DNA from: Eledone cirrhosa
Lineage: Eukaryota
Length of the DNA: 64,000 nucleotides
Direction: 5' to 3'
Assembly: GCA_964016885.1 (NCBI GenBank)
Contig: OZ024743.1
Span: 72,726,001-72,790,000, forward strand
The translations under genes and the position numbers were made by a program. This document shows, piece by piece, positions 12,526 to 25,637 of the stretch. Under the pieces are notes generated by a model. The model ran no database searches. It was not told the DNA's origin and worked only from the letters and a program-made list of their open reading frames with translations. Position 1 is the first letter of the stretch; each line of letters starts with the position of its first letter.

Positions 12526-14857
12526 AAGAAAGGAGCGAAAAAGTGGAGGGAGTGCATGCTCAGGATGAAACTCCAAATGAAAATAATGAGATCGTAAATG
12601 ATAAAGAAATGAATGAGAATGAACTTGCCAACTTGAAGGATGAAATTATGATCGAATGGATGAAAATGAAAGAATCTGACATGGGGGAACGAGACACCCT
12701 CCCTAAGATCCAGAACTCCAAACAGAACCAAAAGATAATACACAAGACTAACATAATTCTCAAAAACATTATCATCACAAACAAAATAAACATTACTGAC
12801 TTAAATCATCTCTATTATGCATCGGCTAAAGTCACCACTCACTTATGTGGAGTGAAGATGAAAAAACAAAGGAATTCCCACAAGAAATCTACTTGGCAAG
12901 ATAACATCAATCGCCAAATAAACCTTCTCCGATCTGACATAGAAATTTTAACAAACTATAAAGTAGGTGAACATGTTAAACAAACTAAACTTAGAAAATT
13001 GAAAAAAAAGTACAGTATAAGATCAACATGTGACATAGACATGCTGATAGAAACAATCAAGCAAAAAGTGTCGGCCAAAGCTGCTCGTATAAGGCGCTTT
13101 GAAAAACGATCTAGATTCTATAAGGACAATAATATGTTCAAAAACAACCAAAGAAACTTCTACAGAAAAATTGGTAAGTCAACAATAACTGCTAAATCAA
13201 TACCACCCAAGGAGGAAGTGCAAGAATTCTGGGAAAAGATCTGGGCCGAAGAAAAAGTTCATAACATACATGCCCCATGGATAGACAGACAAATGAAAGA
13301 AACAGCTCACCTTGAAGAACAAACATGGGAAAATATAACAGTTGAACAGCTGCGCTTGGCTCTAAGAAAAACCAGCAAATGGAAATCCCCAGGAAAAGAC
13401 AAAATACAAAACTTTTGGATAAATGCCTTCACAGAGTCTCATGAGCTGTTAGCCCAACTTTACAATGAAATAGTTAAGGAGCCAGAAAAGATACCATCAT
13501 GGCTAGTTAACGGCATTACATTCCTGCTACCGAAGAATGATGAGACAAACAATCCCAAAAATTACAGACCGATAACCTGCTTGACCACAATGTATAAAAT
13601 TTTAACATCAGTCCTAACTGAATACACATATGACCACCTGATAACAAATGACCTATTTCCCATTGAGCAGAAAGGGTGTAAACGAGGCTCATATGGCTGT
13701 AAGGATCAGCTTCTGGTTAACAAAATGATACTGGAAGATTGTCATAATAGACACAAAAATCTATCGATTGCTTGGATAGATTATAAAAAAGCATTTGATA
13801 GTTTGCCACACAGTTGGATTGAAAAATGTTTAGAGATTTTCAAAATATCCCCCGTTGTCAGGAGGTTTTTGTCATTCAGTATGAGGACATGGAGAACGAC
13901 ACTCCTTTTGAATAGTGAAACAAAATCACTGGAAGCTGGAGAAGTTAACATTAATTGTGGAATTTTTCAGGGTGACTCTTTATCACCGCTTTTATTCTGC
14001 ATCGCACTTATACCATTAAGTAAAATGCTCAATGAAACAAAACATGGATATAGAGTCTATGACAAAACCATTAATCACCTGTTCTACATGGATGACCTGA
14101 AACTATTTGCAAAAAATGATGAACAATTGCAAGGGCTATTATCCACTGTGAAGCAGTTCAGTGATGACATTAAAATGGAGTTTGGACTGGATAAATGCGC
14201 CAAAGCAACGTTCACCAGAGGAAAGCTGCTGAAGAGTTCAGACATTAATCTTGATCGGGGGAACGTGATAAGAGAGCTTGATCAAGAACAAACTTACAAA
14301 TATCTAGGTGTTTGTGAAGGAGACGGAATCAAGCACTCGACAATGAGGGAAAAGATAAGGAAGGAATGTTACCGCAGAGTCAGAGCAATCTTAAGAACGG
14401 AATTGAATGCAAGGAATAGGATCGATGCCATAAACACGCTTGCCATACCAGTAGTAACCTACAGTTACAATGTCATCAACTGGTCAAGCACAGAGATCCG
14501 TAGGCTCGATACAAAAATCCGAAAATTCTTAACCATGCACAGAATGCATCACCCTAAGGCAGACATATATAGAATATATCTCCCTAGGAAAGAAGGAGGA
14601 CGTGGGTTAATCCAGTTAGACATTGCGTTGAAAACTGCAACAATTGGATTATCCACATATCTAAGGGAATCACATGATTGGATGATCAAACTCGTTTTGA
14701 AACACGAAAGCACCAAAAGATCATATTCCATTACAAAAGATGCACAAAGATACAGTAATGGACTACAAATTTCAGAAGTCCCATTTACTGCTGAAATGGA
14801 AAACACAGAAAAAGCAAAGCAGGTAAAAGTAACTGCAAAGAAAGAACTGCTACAGAA
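12526..14857 (+). mobile_element. R4/Dong-like non-LTR retrotransposon, family A copy 1 (5'-truncated)
   Basis: Follows (AAT)n at about 12478-12525; uninterrupted RT frame; homologous to 25637-27787. Confidence 0.9.
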
Positions 14858-15068
14858 ATTGGCCGGGCAGGCTCGGGTAATAAGAGCTAATGGGTGGATA
14901 AGCGAGCTGGAACTGGAGGAACTCAGCAGAGTGATTAGATTGGAAATGGACAGTAGAGTATGCCACGCAAACGAGCCAGTGGGAGATGAAGATGGAGAAG
15001 AGGTTGAAAGAACGGAGGAAGCCTCCGAAGCAGACAATGATCTGAATGCTGAAATAAATAATACCTGA
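12543..15068 (+). CDS. 841-aa ORF: R4/Dong-type reverse transcriptase fused in frame to an N-terminal piece of family B
   Basis: WKSPGKDKIQNFW, NYRPITCL, EQKGCKRG..GCKDQLL, WIDYKKAFDS, GIFQGDSLSPLLF, YMDDLKLF, YKYLG; the last ~70 aa match ORF 18534-19136. Confidence 0.85.
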   Translation: MEGVHAQDETPNENNEIVNDKEMNENELANLKDEIMIEWMKMKESDMGERDTLPKIQNSKQNQKIIHKTNIILKNIIITNKINITDLNHLYYASAKVTTHLCGVKMKKQRNSHKKSTWQDNINRQINLLRSDIEILTNYKVGEHVKQTKLRKLKKKYSIRSTCDIDMLIETIKQKVSAKAARIRRFEKRSRFYKDNNMFKNNQRNFYRKIGKSTITAKSIPPKEEVQEFWEKIWAEEKVHNIHAPWIDRQMKETAHLEEQTWENITVEQLRLALRKTSKWKSPGKDKIQNFWINAFTESHELLAQLYNEIVKEPEKIPSWLVNGITFLLPKNDETNNPKNYRPITCLTTMYKILTSVLTEYTYDHLITNDLFPIEQKGCKRGSYGCKDQLLVNKMILEDCHNRHKNLSIAWIDYKKAFDSLPHSWIEKCLEIFKISPVVRRFLSFSMRTWRTTLLLNSETKSLEAGEVNINCGIFQGDSLSPLLFCIALIPLSKMLNETKHGYRVYDKTINHLFYMDDLKLFAKNDEQLQGLLSTVKQFSDDIKMEFGLDKCAKATFTRGKLLKSSDINLDRGNVIRELDQEQTYKYLGVCEGDGIKHSTMREKIRKECYRRVRAILRTELNARNRIDAINTLAIPVVTYSYNVINWSSTEIRRLDTKIRKFLTMHRMHHPKADIYRIYLPRKEGGRGLIQLDIALKTATIGLSTYLRESHDWMIKLVLKHESTKRSYSITKDAQRYSNGLQISEVPFTAEMENTEKAKQVKVTAKKELLQKLAGQARVIRANGWISELELEELSRVIRLEMDSRVCHANEPVGDEDGEEVERTEEASEADNDLNAEINNT

Positions 15069-17967
15069 GGAAATGAATGCTCACGGGCTAGGACAAGATT
15101 TGGTTGATATCCTAAACTTAGTGGTAGATGAAATGAACAATGATAGTGGGAAACCTATGGACCTAAGATTGCACCAGTGCAACAATATCCTCAAAGCAAC
15201 AGCAAATGCGGTGAGGCAATTACTTGGCATAAAAGCGAGAGGAAACAACAAACAAGAAAGATCAGAAATTTGGTGGAAGAAACGACTGAATGGTCAAATC
15301 AGGGAAATGAGAAATGACATTAGAAAGCTTGAGTCCCTACTGAATGGGACACTACAAACCTAGACACTAAAAATAGACTGGAAATAAAGTACAAAACTAG
15401 GAGGAAAGAGCTAAATGTTATCATAGAGGAACTGAAGCAACGCATTGTAGCAAAGAGCGCAACAATTTGGCGATACGAGAGCAGAGTCAGTCAGTATAGA
15501 CAGAACCGCATGTTTGACACAACCAGAAGATGTTTTTTGGATAGCTTGAAGGGAAAGAAAGAGGCAACGACTTGATCCCTGAGGCGGAACAAGCTAAGAC
15601 ATTCTGGAGAGGAATGTGGGAGCAGGATGTTAAACATAATGACCAGGCAGTGTGGATTGAGACAGTACAAAAGGAGATTAGTGAACAGGCACACCAACAA
15701 ACTGATTTGAGTATCACAGTTCAAACTCTTAAGGGGCAGGCCAGAAAAATGACCAACTGGAAATCATCAGGCCCAGATGTTGCGAGGGGCTATTGGATTA
15801 AAAATATAACATCCCTCCACCCGAAACTGACAACCATGTTCAATGACGGCTTGATGTAAGGTGAGGTGCCAGAGTGGTTGACAAAAGGTACTACAGTTCT
15901 GGTAATGAAAGACCGAACTAAGGGTAATGATGTTACGAAATATAGACCTATCACATGTCTGTCCGTAATGTGGAAACTGTTAACAAGGATTGTGTCTGAG
16001 GAAATCCACCATCACCTCCACATAAACAACTTGTTACCGGACGAACAGAAAGGATGCCGAAAGAAGTCCCGTGGTACAAAGGACCAGTTCTTATTGATAA
16101 GATGGTAATGAGGAATTGCAGGAGGAGACACACTGGTCTTGCCATGGGATGGATAGACTAAAAAAAGGTATTCGACATGGTACCTCATTCTTGGATAACG
16201 AAAATCCTAGAGATATTCAAGGTGGCAGATAACATCAGACAGTTGTTGGGCAAAAGTATGAAGTCCTGGAAAACAGAGTTAACATCGGGCGCAGAATCCT
16301 GGTGAGGCGTTAAGATCAAGAGAGGTATCTTCTAGGGAGATAGTTTGTCCCCTCTATTGTTTGTCCGTACCCTGATCCCCCTGACCATTATACTGCGAAA
16401 GGTGAGAGCAGGATACACGTTGGGAAAGGGAGAGCTTACCATCAATCACCTCCTCTTCATGGACGAATTAAGCTCTTCGGGAAGAGTGAGAAGGAGTTGG
16501 ATGTGCTTGTTGACACTGTCCGTATTTTCAGCAATGATATATGTATGCAATTTGTTATTAGTATGTGTGGAGTACTTGTAATGAAGAGGGGTTAATTGAG
16601 CAGAATCAACAGAATCCAGGTACCAACAGGTGAGATGATAAAGGAAATTGATGCTGAAGAAGGATACAAATACTTAGGTGTTCTGGAGGCTAAAGACATC
16701 AAGAACAAAGAAATGAAGGAATTGTTAAAATCTGAATATATTCGGAGAGTAAGGAGCGTATTAAAGTCACATCTGAAATGTAGGAATGCCATAAGTGCAG
16801 TAAATTCCCGATCTGTGTCTATTATTAGGTAAAGTGCGAGAATTCTGAGATGAAATGTTGCTGGACAAAAAGAAATAGATAGGAAGACTAGGAAGCTATT
16901 GACTATCTACAACATGTTCCACAAAAGGAGTGATGTCGATAGACTCTACTTAAAGAGATCTGAAGTTGGAAGGGGTCTTATCAGCATAGAGGACTGTGTT
17001 CAGATGGAGAAAATCAACCTACACAAATATGTGACTGATGGTAGGGAGCCAATGCTCAGAATTGTACTGAAGGAGAGGACAATAGACCAGGGGATGTCCA
17101 AGGAGGAAATAACAACAAGGAGAAAGAGAAACCTTCATGAAAAATCCCTTCATAGTGCCTTCTTTTAGAAAACTGAAATTAGAGATCCACAGACATGGAA
17201 CTGGTTGAAAAGAGGAGACCTTAAAAACGCTACAGGAGGAATGCTAATGGCTGCGCAAGAACAGGCTCTCAGAAGGAAGTGGCTGAAACACCATATTTAC
17301 AAGGAGGAGGCTAGCCCACTGTGTAGGATCTGTGGAGAGAGAGAGGAGCTGTGGCTCACATTGTATCCGAGTGTAAACACCTAGCCCAGACTCACTATAA
17401 AGGCTGCAGGCATGATGTGATGCGCAGGATGATCCACTAGCATCTATGCAAAGTAAACAATTTACCACATTCTGAGAAGTGGTATGAACATAAGCCAGAG
17501 TCGGTGATGGAAAACGATCAGGTGAAGGTGCTGTGTGATTTTAGGATACAGACGGACAAGAAAGTGGAACACAATAGACCTGACCTGGTGGTTTGGGACA
17601 AGGGAAAAACATCGTGCCTGATTGTGAATGTAGTCTGCCCATTTGACACGCGAGTGCAAGAAAAGGAGAGGGAGAAAATTAACCGATACCACTTCTATTG
17701 GGAGGTAAAAAGGATTTGGAACTGCCATGAGGTCAAAGTGGTCCCGATTGCCATAGGCGCACTAGGTACTATCTGAAAGAGTTTCCAGGGATGGTTAAAG
17801 AAAATTGGTCCCGCCCCGCTTTTTGGAACACTTCAAAAGGCATGCTTGCTGGGAACAGCAAGAACCCTCTGATACGTTCTGAATATCTGAGGCTGCAGGT
17901 AGTGGCTTGATATTCATTTCAACACACTTTCCAGTTAACCAACATCAATGACTGAGACTCAAAGAAC
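14858..17967 (+). mobile_element. R4/Dong-like element, family B copy 1 (decayed)
   Basis: RT fragments; CRICGE..HIVSEC zinc knuckle at about 17320-17375; RPDLVVWD..VVCPFD..EREK restriction-like endonuclease; (AAT)n tail at 17968-17996. Confidence 0.9.
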
Positions 17968-17996
17968 AATAATATTAATAATAATAATAATAATAA

Positions 17997-18348
17997 AAGG
18001 AAAATGTGGAAATTGAGAACTAAAACAATACCAGTGGTTGTAGGCGCTCTGGGAATGATACCTAAGGGGTCTAGTGATTACTTATCGCAAATCCCAGGAA
18101 ATCCGCGTATCAGAGAAATACAAAAGATAGTACTAATGGGAACTGCCCATATACTAAGGAAGATTATGTCAATACAAGTACATAACATGTCTAAACACCT
18201 AAAGATGCATGTGTGTGTATGTATGTTCTTTCTTTAACATGGCGGGCCTTGTTGACTCTTAAGGTCACTGGTTGTGACTTGGTGATAACTCGTATGAACA
18301 TAAAGCAAGATAAATGCAACTGTAATAATAATAATAATAATATTAATA
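17997..18348 (+). mobile_element. 3' terminal fragment of an R4/Dong-like element with (TAA)n tail
   Basis: MWKLRTKTIPVVVGALGMIP..EIQKIVLMGTAHILRK C-terminus, short UTR, TAA tail. Confidence 0.85.
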
Positions 18349-18519
18349 AATTTTGTATACGGACCGTCCTTATATCATAATTTTCTCCATTAAAATAACG
18401 GACCACATGTGTAAATAAAGAAACTGAATATCAGCCGAAACGCTACTCAGAATTTTAAATCAAATTGAAAAAAAAAACGATATATGTAAGTAACAAACTC
18501 TAAGTCCTCCTCTGAATAG

Positions 18520-21511
18520 AACTGTCATGGAGAGTGACCATGGGAAAAGGCTATAGGAAGCGGATTCATAACATCTGGAACGAGATTGATCTATTTAAGT
18601 TAGATGAAAAAAAATTGGCCGGACAGGCTCAGGTAATAAGAACTAAAGGATGGATAAGCGAGTTGAAACTGGAGGAACTGAGCAGAGAAATTAAGTTGGA
18701 CATGGAGAGTGGAGTATGTCAGGCAAACGAGCCAGTGGGAAATGAAGGTGAAGAGGTTGAGAGAGATGAGGAAGCATCCGAAGCAGACAATGATCTGAAT
18801 TCTGAAATAAATAACATCTTGGACAAAGATACGGCCATTGAGGAAATGAATGCTGACGGGCGAGGACAAGATTTGGTTTATATCCTGAACTTAGTGGTAG
18901 ATGAAATGAACAATGATAGTGGGAAACCTATGAACCTAAGATTTGTAGACAGGAAAAAGTTAAAAGAAACAACAGCTAAGGTAAACAAAGTCATCCCATA
19001 CCTTGAGGCGAGGAACCTTCACCAATGCAACAATATCCTCAAAACAAAAGCAAATGCGGTGAGAAAATTACTAGGCATAAAAACGAGAGGAAACAACAAA
19101 CAAGAAAGATCAGAACTTTGCTGGAAGAAAGACTGAATGGTCAAATCAAAGAAATGAGAAAAGACATTGGAAAGCTTGAGTCCCTACTGAATGGGACACT
19201 AAAAATAGACTGGAAATAAAGTACAAAACTATGCGGAAAAAGCTAAATATTATCATAGACGAACTGAAGCAACGCATTGTAGCAAAAAGTACAAAGATTT
19301 GGTGGTATGAACACAGAGTCAGTCAGTATAGACAGAGCCGCATATTTGACAACAACGAGAAGATGTTTGGACAGCTTGAAGGGAAAGAAAGAGACAACTA
19401 CATGATCTTTGAGGCGGAACAGATTAAGAAATTCTGGAGAGGAATATAGGAGCAGGATGTTGAACATAATAGTCAGGCAGTGTGAATTGAGAAAAGGGTA
19501 GGCCAAAAAACAAACAAACTGGAAATCACCAGGCCAAGATGGTGTGCCAGGGTATTGCATTAAACATATAACATCCCTCCACCCGAAACTGACAACCATG
19601 TTCAATGACAGCTTGATGTCCGGTGAGGTACCAGAGTGGTTGACAAAAGGTAGCACAGTTCTGGTAATGAAAGACCGAATCAAGGGTAATACTATAGACC
19701 TATCACATGTCCTTAATGTGGGAAGTGTTAACAAGCATTGTGTCTGAGGAAATCTACCATCACCGCCACATAAACAGCTTGCTACCGGACGAACAGAAAG
19801 GATGCCGAAAGAAGTCCCGTGGTACAAAGGACCAGTTACTTATTGATAAGATGGTAATGAAGAATTGCAAGAGGAGACACACTGGTCTAGCCATCGGATG
19901 GATAGATTACAAAAAGGCATTCGACATGGTACCTCATTCTTGGATAACCAAAAGCCTAGATTTCTTCAAGGTGGCAGATAAAATCAGACAGTTGTTGAGC
20001 AAAAGTATGAAGTCCTGGGAAACAGAGTTAACATCGGGTCGTGAATCATTGGGAGGCGTGAAGATCAAGAGTGGTATCTTCCAGGGAGATAGTTTGTCCC
20101 CTCTGCTGTTTGTCCTTTCCCTGATACCCCCTGACCGTTATATTGCGAAAAGTGAGAGCAGGATACAAGTTGGGAAAGGGAGAGCTTACCATCAACCACC
20201 TCTTTTCATGGACGATCTTAAACTCTTTGGGCAGAGTGAAAAAGAGTTGGATGTACTTGTTGACTGTCCGTATTTTCAGCAATGAGATACGTATGAAAGT
20301 TGATATTAATACGTGTGGAGTCCTAGAGATGAAGAGTGATAAATTGAGAAGAAGCAACGGACTCCAGGTAGCAACAGGTGAGATGATAAAGGAAATTGAC
20401 ACTGAAGAAGGATACAAATATTTAGGTGTTCTGGAGGCTAATGACATCAAGAACAAAAAGATGAAGGAATTGATAAGATCTGAGTCCATAAGGAGAGTAA
20501 GGAGCGTATTAAAATCACATCTAAATAGTAGGAATGTCATAAGTACAGTGAATTCATGAGTTGTGTCTATTATTAGGTACAGTGCATGCATACTGAAAAG
20601 GAATGTTGCTGAATAAAAAGAAATTAATGGGAAGACTAGGGAGCTATTGACTATCTACAACATGTTCCACGAGAGGAATGATGTCAATAGACTCTACTTA
20701 AAGAGATCTGAAGGTGGAAGAGGTCTTATAACCATAGAGGATTGTGTTCAGATGGAGAAAAACAACCGGCACAAATACGTGACTGAGAGTAGGGAGCCAA
20801 TGCTCAAAATTCTACTGAAGGAGAAGACAATAGACAGGGGATATTTTCAAGAAGGAGGCTAGCTCACTGTGTAGGATCTGTGGAGAGAGAGAGAGGAGAC
20901 AGTGGCTCACGTTGTATTCGAGTGTAAACACCTAGCCCAGGCTCACTATAAATCCTGGAGACATGATGTGATAGGCAGGGTGTTCCACTGGCATCTATGC
21001 AAAGTAAACAATTTACCACATTCTGAGAGGTGGTACGAGCATAAGCCAGAGTCGGTGATAGAAAACGATTAGGTTAAGGTGCTATGGGATTTTATGATAC
21101 AAACGGACAAGAAGTTAGAACACAATAGGCCTAACCTGGTGGTTTTGGACAGGGAAATCGTGCGTGACTGTAGATGTAGTCTGCCCATTTAACACGAGAG
21201 TGCAAGAAAAGGAGAGTAAGAAAATTAACCGATACCAGGACTTAAAGTTGGCGTTAAAAAGCATTTGGAACTGCCATGAAATCAAGGTCGTCCCGATTGT
21301 CATAGGCGAACTAGGTACTATCTGAAAGTGTTTCCAAGGATGGTTAGATTAGTCCAGCCCCGCTTTATGGAACACTTCAAAAGGCATGCTTGCTGGGAAC
21401 AGCAAGAAACCTCCGATACGTCCTGAATATATGAGGCTGCTCTTAGCGGCTTGATATTCATTTCAACAAACTTTCCAGTTAAATAACATCAATGACTGAA
21501 ACTCAAAGAAC
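18520..21511 (+). mobile_element. R4/Dong-like element, family B copy 2 (decayed)
   Basis: Colinear with 14858-17967; WIDYKKAFDMVPH, GIFQGDSLSP, FMDDLKLF; same 3' end gactgaaactcaaagaac+(AAT)n. Confidence 0.9.
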
Positions 21512-21532
21512 AATAATAATAATAATAATAAT

Positions 21533-24500
21533 GGTTTCTTTATTGGCTACAAGGGCTGACACAAAGAAAAACATTACAGATGGCACAAACGGTACAGGAC
21601 GATACAAATGGGTTTTGGCCGTGTAAAAAAGGTTATAACAAGATAGAGATATCAACAGTAGTTGATATCTCTATCTTGTAGTTCAAACAAAACAAGTAGT
21701 TCAAACAAAACAAGTTACCCAATAGGGGGGAAACTTCCGAAAGGCGAAAGCCACACAAAGACCAGGGCTACCCAGACCAGCAGGGCAAGCGCCCTCTATC
21801 AGTTTCCCACTCCTCAGTCTACAGGCGCATACTCAGTGCGGGACCGTTCACTCGGACCAGACTCGCCAATTTCACCCACCTTTCAACAAACTTACTAGAA
21901 GACAACACTTGCTTCTCCACTCAGGTTTTCTTCTTCAAATGAAACTTGAAAAAGTTAATCAGGGATTGGCCGAAGAGGAAAGTGTCCGTCTTCAACCCTT
22001 TCAACCTTGTCCACCACACAATCTCTTTCGCCATGGTCACCTGGCGGATGAAAACTGCCTGCCCTTCCTCCTCTTTAAAGGAGGGTGGCGGGGCTATCTG
22101 CACGATGGACTCAGTCCATAAACCGGATCCGTCCTACACGCAACAGCAGCTGTTCGACATAGCTCCACAAATCAGCAATCCTCGGTTTCGTCGCTCTGCG
22201 CGCATCTCGGACAGGCACGGCTAACGGCACCTCCGTGCCCTAGAGCTAATCCCGAACCGGCAACGCTACCCGGTAGCACTGCCAGGCCAGGTATTTTTGG
22301 AAGTTGTCCATAGGCTCCGGTCTGAAAGTTCTCTTGAAGAGAGCGAACAGCTGATCGTCTTCAGCGCCCAGGGTCTCCCCGAGAAAGTCGTCGCTCTTTC
22401 CCTCCACTAGCCCTCTATAGAGCGCCGAGGTGGATGTTCCACAGATACTAGTGCCCAGCTGGTAGAGGCTGATGAGCGCTTGAAGACATTCCAGATTCCA
22501 AGCTCTATCCCTCGGTCTTTTCCTGATCCAGGACTGCAGCTCCGTCAAGGAGACGAGGTGGGGAAAAGCGCGTCTGGCAAACGGCGACCACAACTGTTCA
22601 CCGTCAAGGAAGCACCAGAGATGTCGAATCCTCAGCGCATATTTGCGCATCATCAGCCACGGCATGCCTATTCCCCCACGCAACGGGCGTTGACAGCAAA
22701 TGGATCGTCTGACCATGAAAGCACGTCCCTTCCACAAAAAGCGGAAGTGAAGGCGCTCCATTTTGGTCAGAGTTGGGCGAGTTCAAGGTACGACGGTCAG
22801 GCGGTAGCAGATGACGGACGCTATGTACGCATTCGCCACCTCCGCACTACCATTGAGAGACAGCCTCCTCTCGGCCCATTTCTGGGTGAGAGAGGCTACC
22901 ATGCTCGTCACCTCGCTCCAGTTTTTCTCTATCTGGAAGACCGGACCGAACCAGACAACGAGCAATTTAATCGGTCCTTCCGTCCAGCGCCCCACGATGC
23001 TGTCGGACGGCATGTACTTGCCACTCCAGGTCCCGATTTGCAAGGCCACCGACTTTTCCTGGTTTATCTTTGATCCTGTTATCGCTTCGTATTCCTTGAG
23101 AGCGGTGTGTCGAGCATCTGGAAGAGTTTCGTGCTCGACACCAGCACGGTGACGTCGTCGGCGTAAGCTGACAGGATATCCCGCATCCTAGTTCGAGTGG
23201 GATCCCCCTCATCGTCTCCAATTTGTGAAATAACGGCTCGAGGGCTAGTAAGTACAAGAGGGACCTGAGCGGGAAACCCTGGCGGACCGAGTGCATGATG
23301 CTGAAAGGCTGCGACAGGTGACCATTCACCCTCGAGGACCGCAGCCAGGTACCGATGGTCGACCCTATCAAATGCTTTAGATTGATCCAAGTTAATCAGT
23401 GCCCCACCCGTGCCAGGTTCCTTAACCACCCTCTCTATGATGTATCGCATTAGATGGAGGTTGTCGTGGATTAATCTGTCCGGAATGGCGCATGTCTGCG
23501 CCTCTCCCACCAGATTTCCGACGACAAGCGCCAATCTCTTTGCTAACACCGTGGCCAAAATCTTAAACTCTGCGTGCAGCAGAGTTATGGGCCTGAAATT
23601 TTCTATAACGTCCCCCTTGTTCGGGTCTTTTCTCAGCAGCACCACCGCTCCCTGCTCACAAATCTGGGAATGCTCCCGTTTTGCAGCCAGTTGCAGTAGA
23701 CATCTGCCAAGAGGTCGCCGAACAAGTCTGACATATACGCATAAAGCTCGTAGGGTAGACCATCCATTTACCCATCGCTTCCCGTATTTCATTGGCTGTT
23801 ATCGACTTTTCGCAGCACTGCGATGCAGTCGTCGAGAGCCGCGGCAGTTCATCGAGGTATGAATCGAAGTCCATACTCCGATCCAGAGTTCAAGACGTCT
23901 GATAAGGTTGTTGAGGCTTTTACACCCTCCTGTCTTGTCTACTAGCCCCACATAATCCCAGCATGCATCTAAGATACCGTTCCACTCGCCCACTAACACT
24001 AAGGAGCGGGACGTTCCAAGAAAGGTCCCTAGACGTCAGAAGAAATCTGGCCGTCCTACTCCAGTTGGGGCGTAGACGGCTACTAGCCTGAAAGCATTGC
24101 CTTCGCTGCCGGTAACGTCCAGCACCACCGACTTACCTTATCGGTCCAGGAAGATGGCCCGTATGCGATTTCCAAGCCTCTCTGAAAAGCACTGCCACCC
24201 CTCCCCACGATCCTGGACAGCTGGGAGATGCCTATACATCGTAGCCGCCGAAGATCTGTGCGAAGCCTCGTGCTTCGGAGATTCTGTTCTCGCAGATGGT
24301 CACAACATCTATATTTAGTGTCCTGAGGTCGTTAAGCAGGTGACTCTTCTTCCAATATGACCCTAGGCCACGTACATTTATACTGCCTATTCTAAGTACG
24401 ACCATTTTGGATGAGAAACGGGGCAAGTGAGAAAGGGTCACTTACCTTGATCGTATGGTGAAGGGACAGTAGAACCGTCTCTTTGGGTGGTCATGGGTGT

Positions 24501-25489
24501 TTCCAAGAGGATATCAGTGTATATCCTCTTGGTAAACGACCCTCTGATGTTTCCAAATGCGTGGTGGAATTATTGTTTTAAAAGTTTGTACTATTCTCTT
24601 TTGACTTCAATGTTTGTCGGGAGAATTCTTGGTGTTGGTGGGGTGTAGTAGTTTTGTTTTGTGATGTCTGTGTGCTCCTTTATATGTTGTATGAGTTCTT
24701 TATTTGCCATGTTTATGGTTGTGTACTTTTTGGTGGGAGTGGTGATTTAGTTGCTGTTTTCTTGTTGTTGCTGTTGGATGTGTGTGTTTTGTTGTATTTG
24801 CGATGTTGGTGCTTTTGGTAATGCTGGTGGTGGTGTGGTTGTTGTTGTTGGTGGGGATGCTTGTGGTGGTGATGGCGGTGATGCTTGTGGTGGTGATGGT
24901 GGTGATGTTGCTGCAATTCTCGTTGCAACATTTACCCCTTTTTAAGTGCCTTCAATTTTGGAGGGTGAAGTTAAGGTTTTTTTTCTCTTTTGCTCTTTTG
25001 TGGCAGACCGTTTGACACTTGCCTCCCGACTCATATTCCATGTCAGATTCCGTGGCATCTGGGAGGGGAACGAGCTATACTGCTGTTGGTGGTGTTAGTG
25101 GAGCCCGCTCCGGCGATTTTGCCGCAGGTGTGGCTACTGCGACTGTTGGTGCCACTGCTGCCGCTGCTTTAGTTGTCCATGGCCTTGGTATGGGTGCCAC
25201 GTACGTTGCCCTCCTACTCACCATGGAAAGGTCTTCTGCCTCTGTTCCCTGCCTTGCTCTGGGTAGCAGTGGATCAGGTGTTGGAATGAGAGGGGCCCTC
25301 TTCTTGGCTGTTCTCTGCGGGTAGAAGGCCCTGAGGTAACCTTTCTGCCCACATAGATAGCACTTTGGGATGCTTCCATCCACGATTGTAGGGAGTTGGA
25401 GCCCTTCTTCAAGGTATTTGATGTCTGGGATGGCCTCGATGCACTCCTGGTCAGTCTGTATTAGAATTTGCATGCCTATTCCTGACCAG
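21533..25489 (-). mobile_element. Tx1/L1-clade LINE, copy 2 (5'-truncated, internally deleted)
   Basis: ORF2 remnant 21819-24405 homologous to copy 1; ORF1 zinc-knuckle remnant CYLCGQKG; AATAAA just before the (ATT)n junction; about 0.7 kb between endonuclease and RT is missing near 23880. Confidence 0.9.
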
Positions 25490-25637
25490 TTCAAATGGCA
25501 TGATTGCTGGGAACAGCAAATACCCTCAAATACGTCCTGAATGTTTGAGGCTGCAGGTAGCGGCTTGATATTCATTTCAACAAACTTTCCAGTTACATAA
25601 CATCAATGACTAAGACTCAAAGAACAATAATAATAAT
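25490..25637 (+). mobile_element. Family B 3'-end fragment with (AAT)n
   Basis: Matches about 21376-21532 and 17832-17975. Confidence 0.9.

Noticed and set aside
20830-20870. ~200-bp deletion in B copy 2 as a splice event
   Set aside because: Bounded in copy 1 by the direct repeat caaggagga (17099 and 17300), so ordinary microhomology deletion
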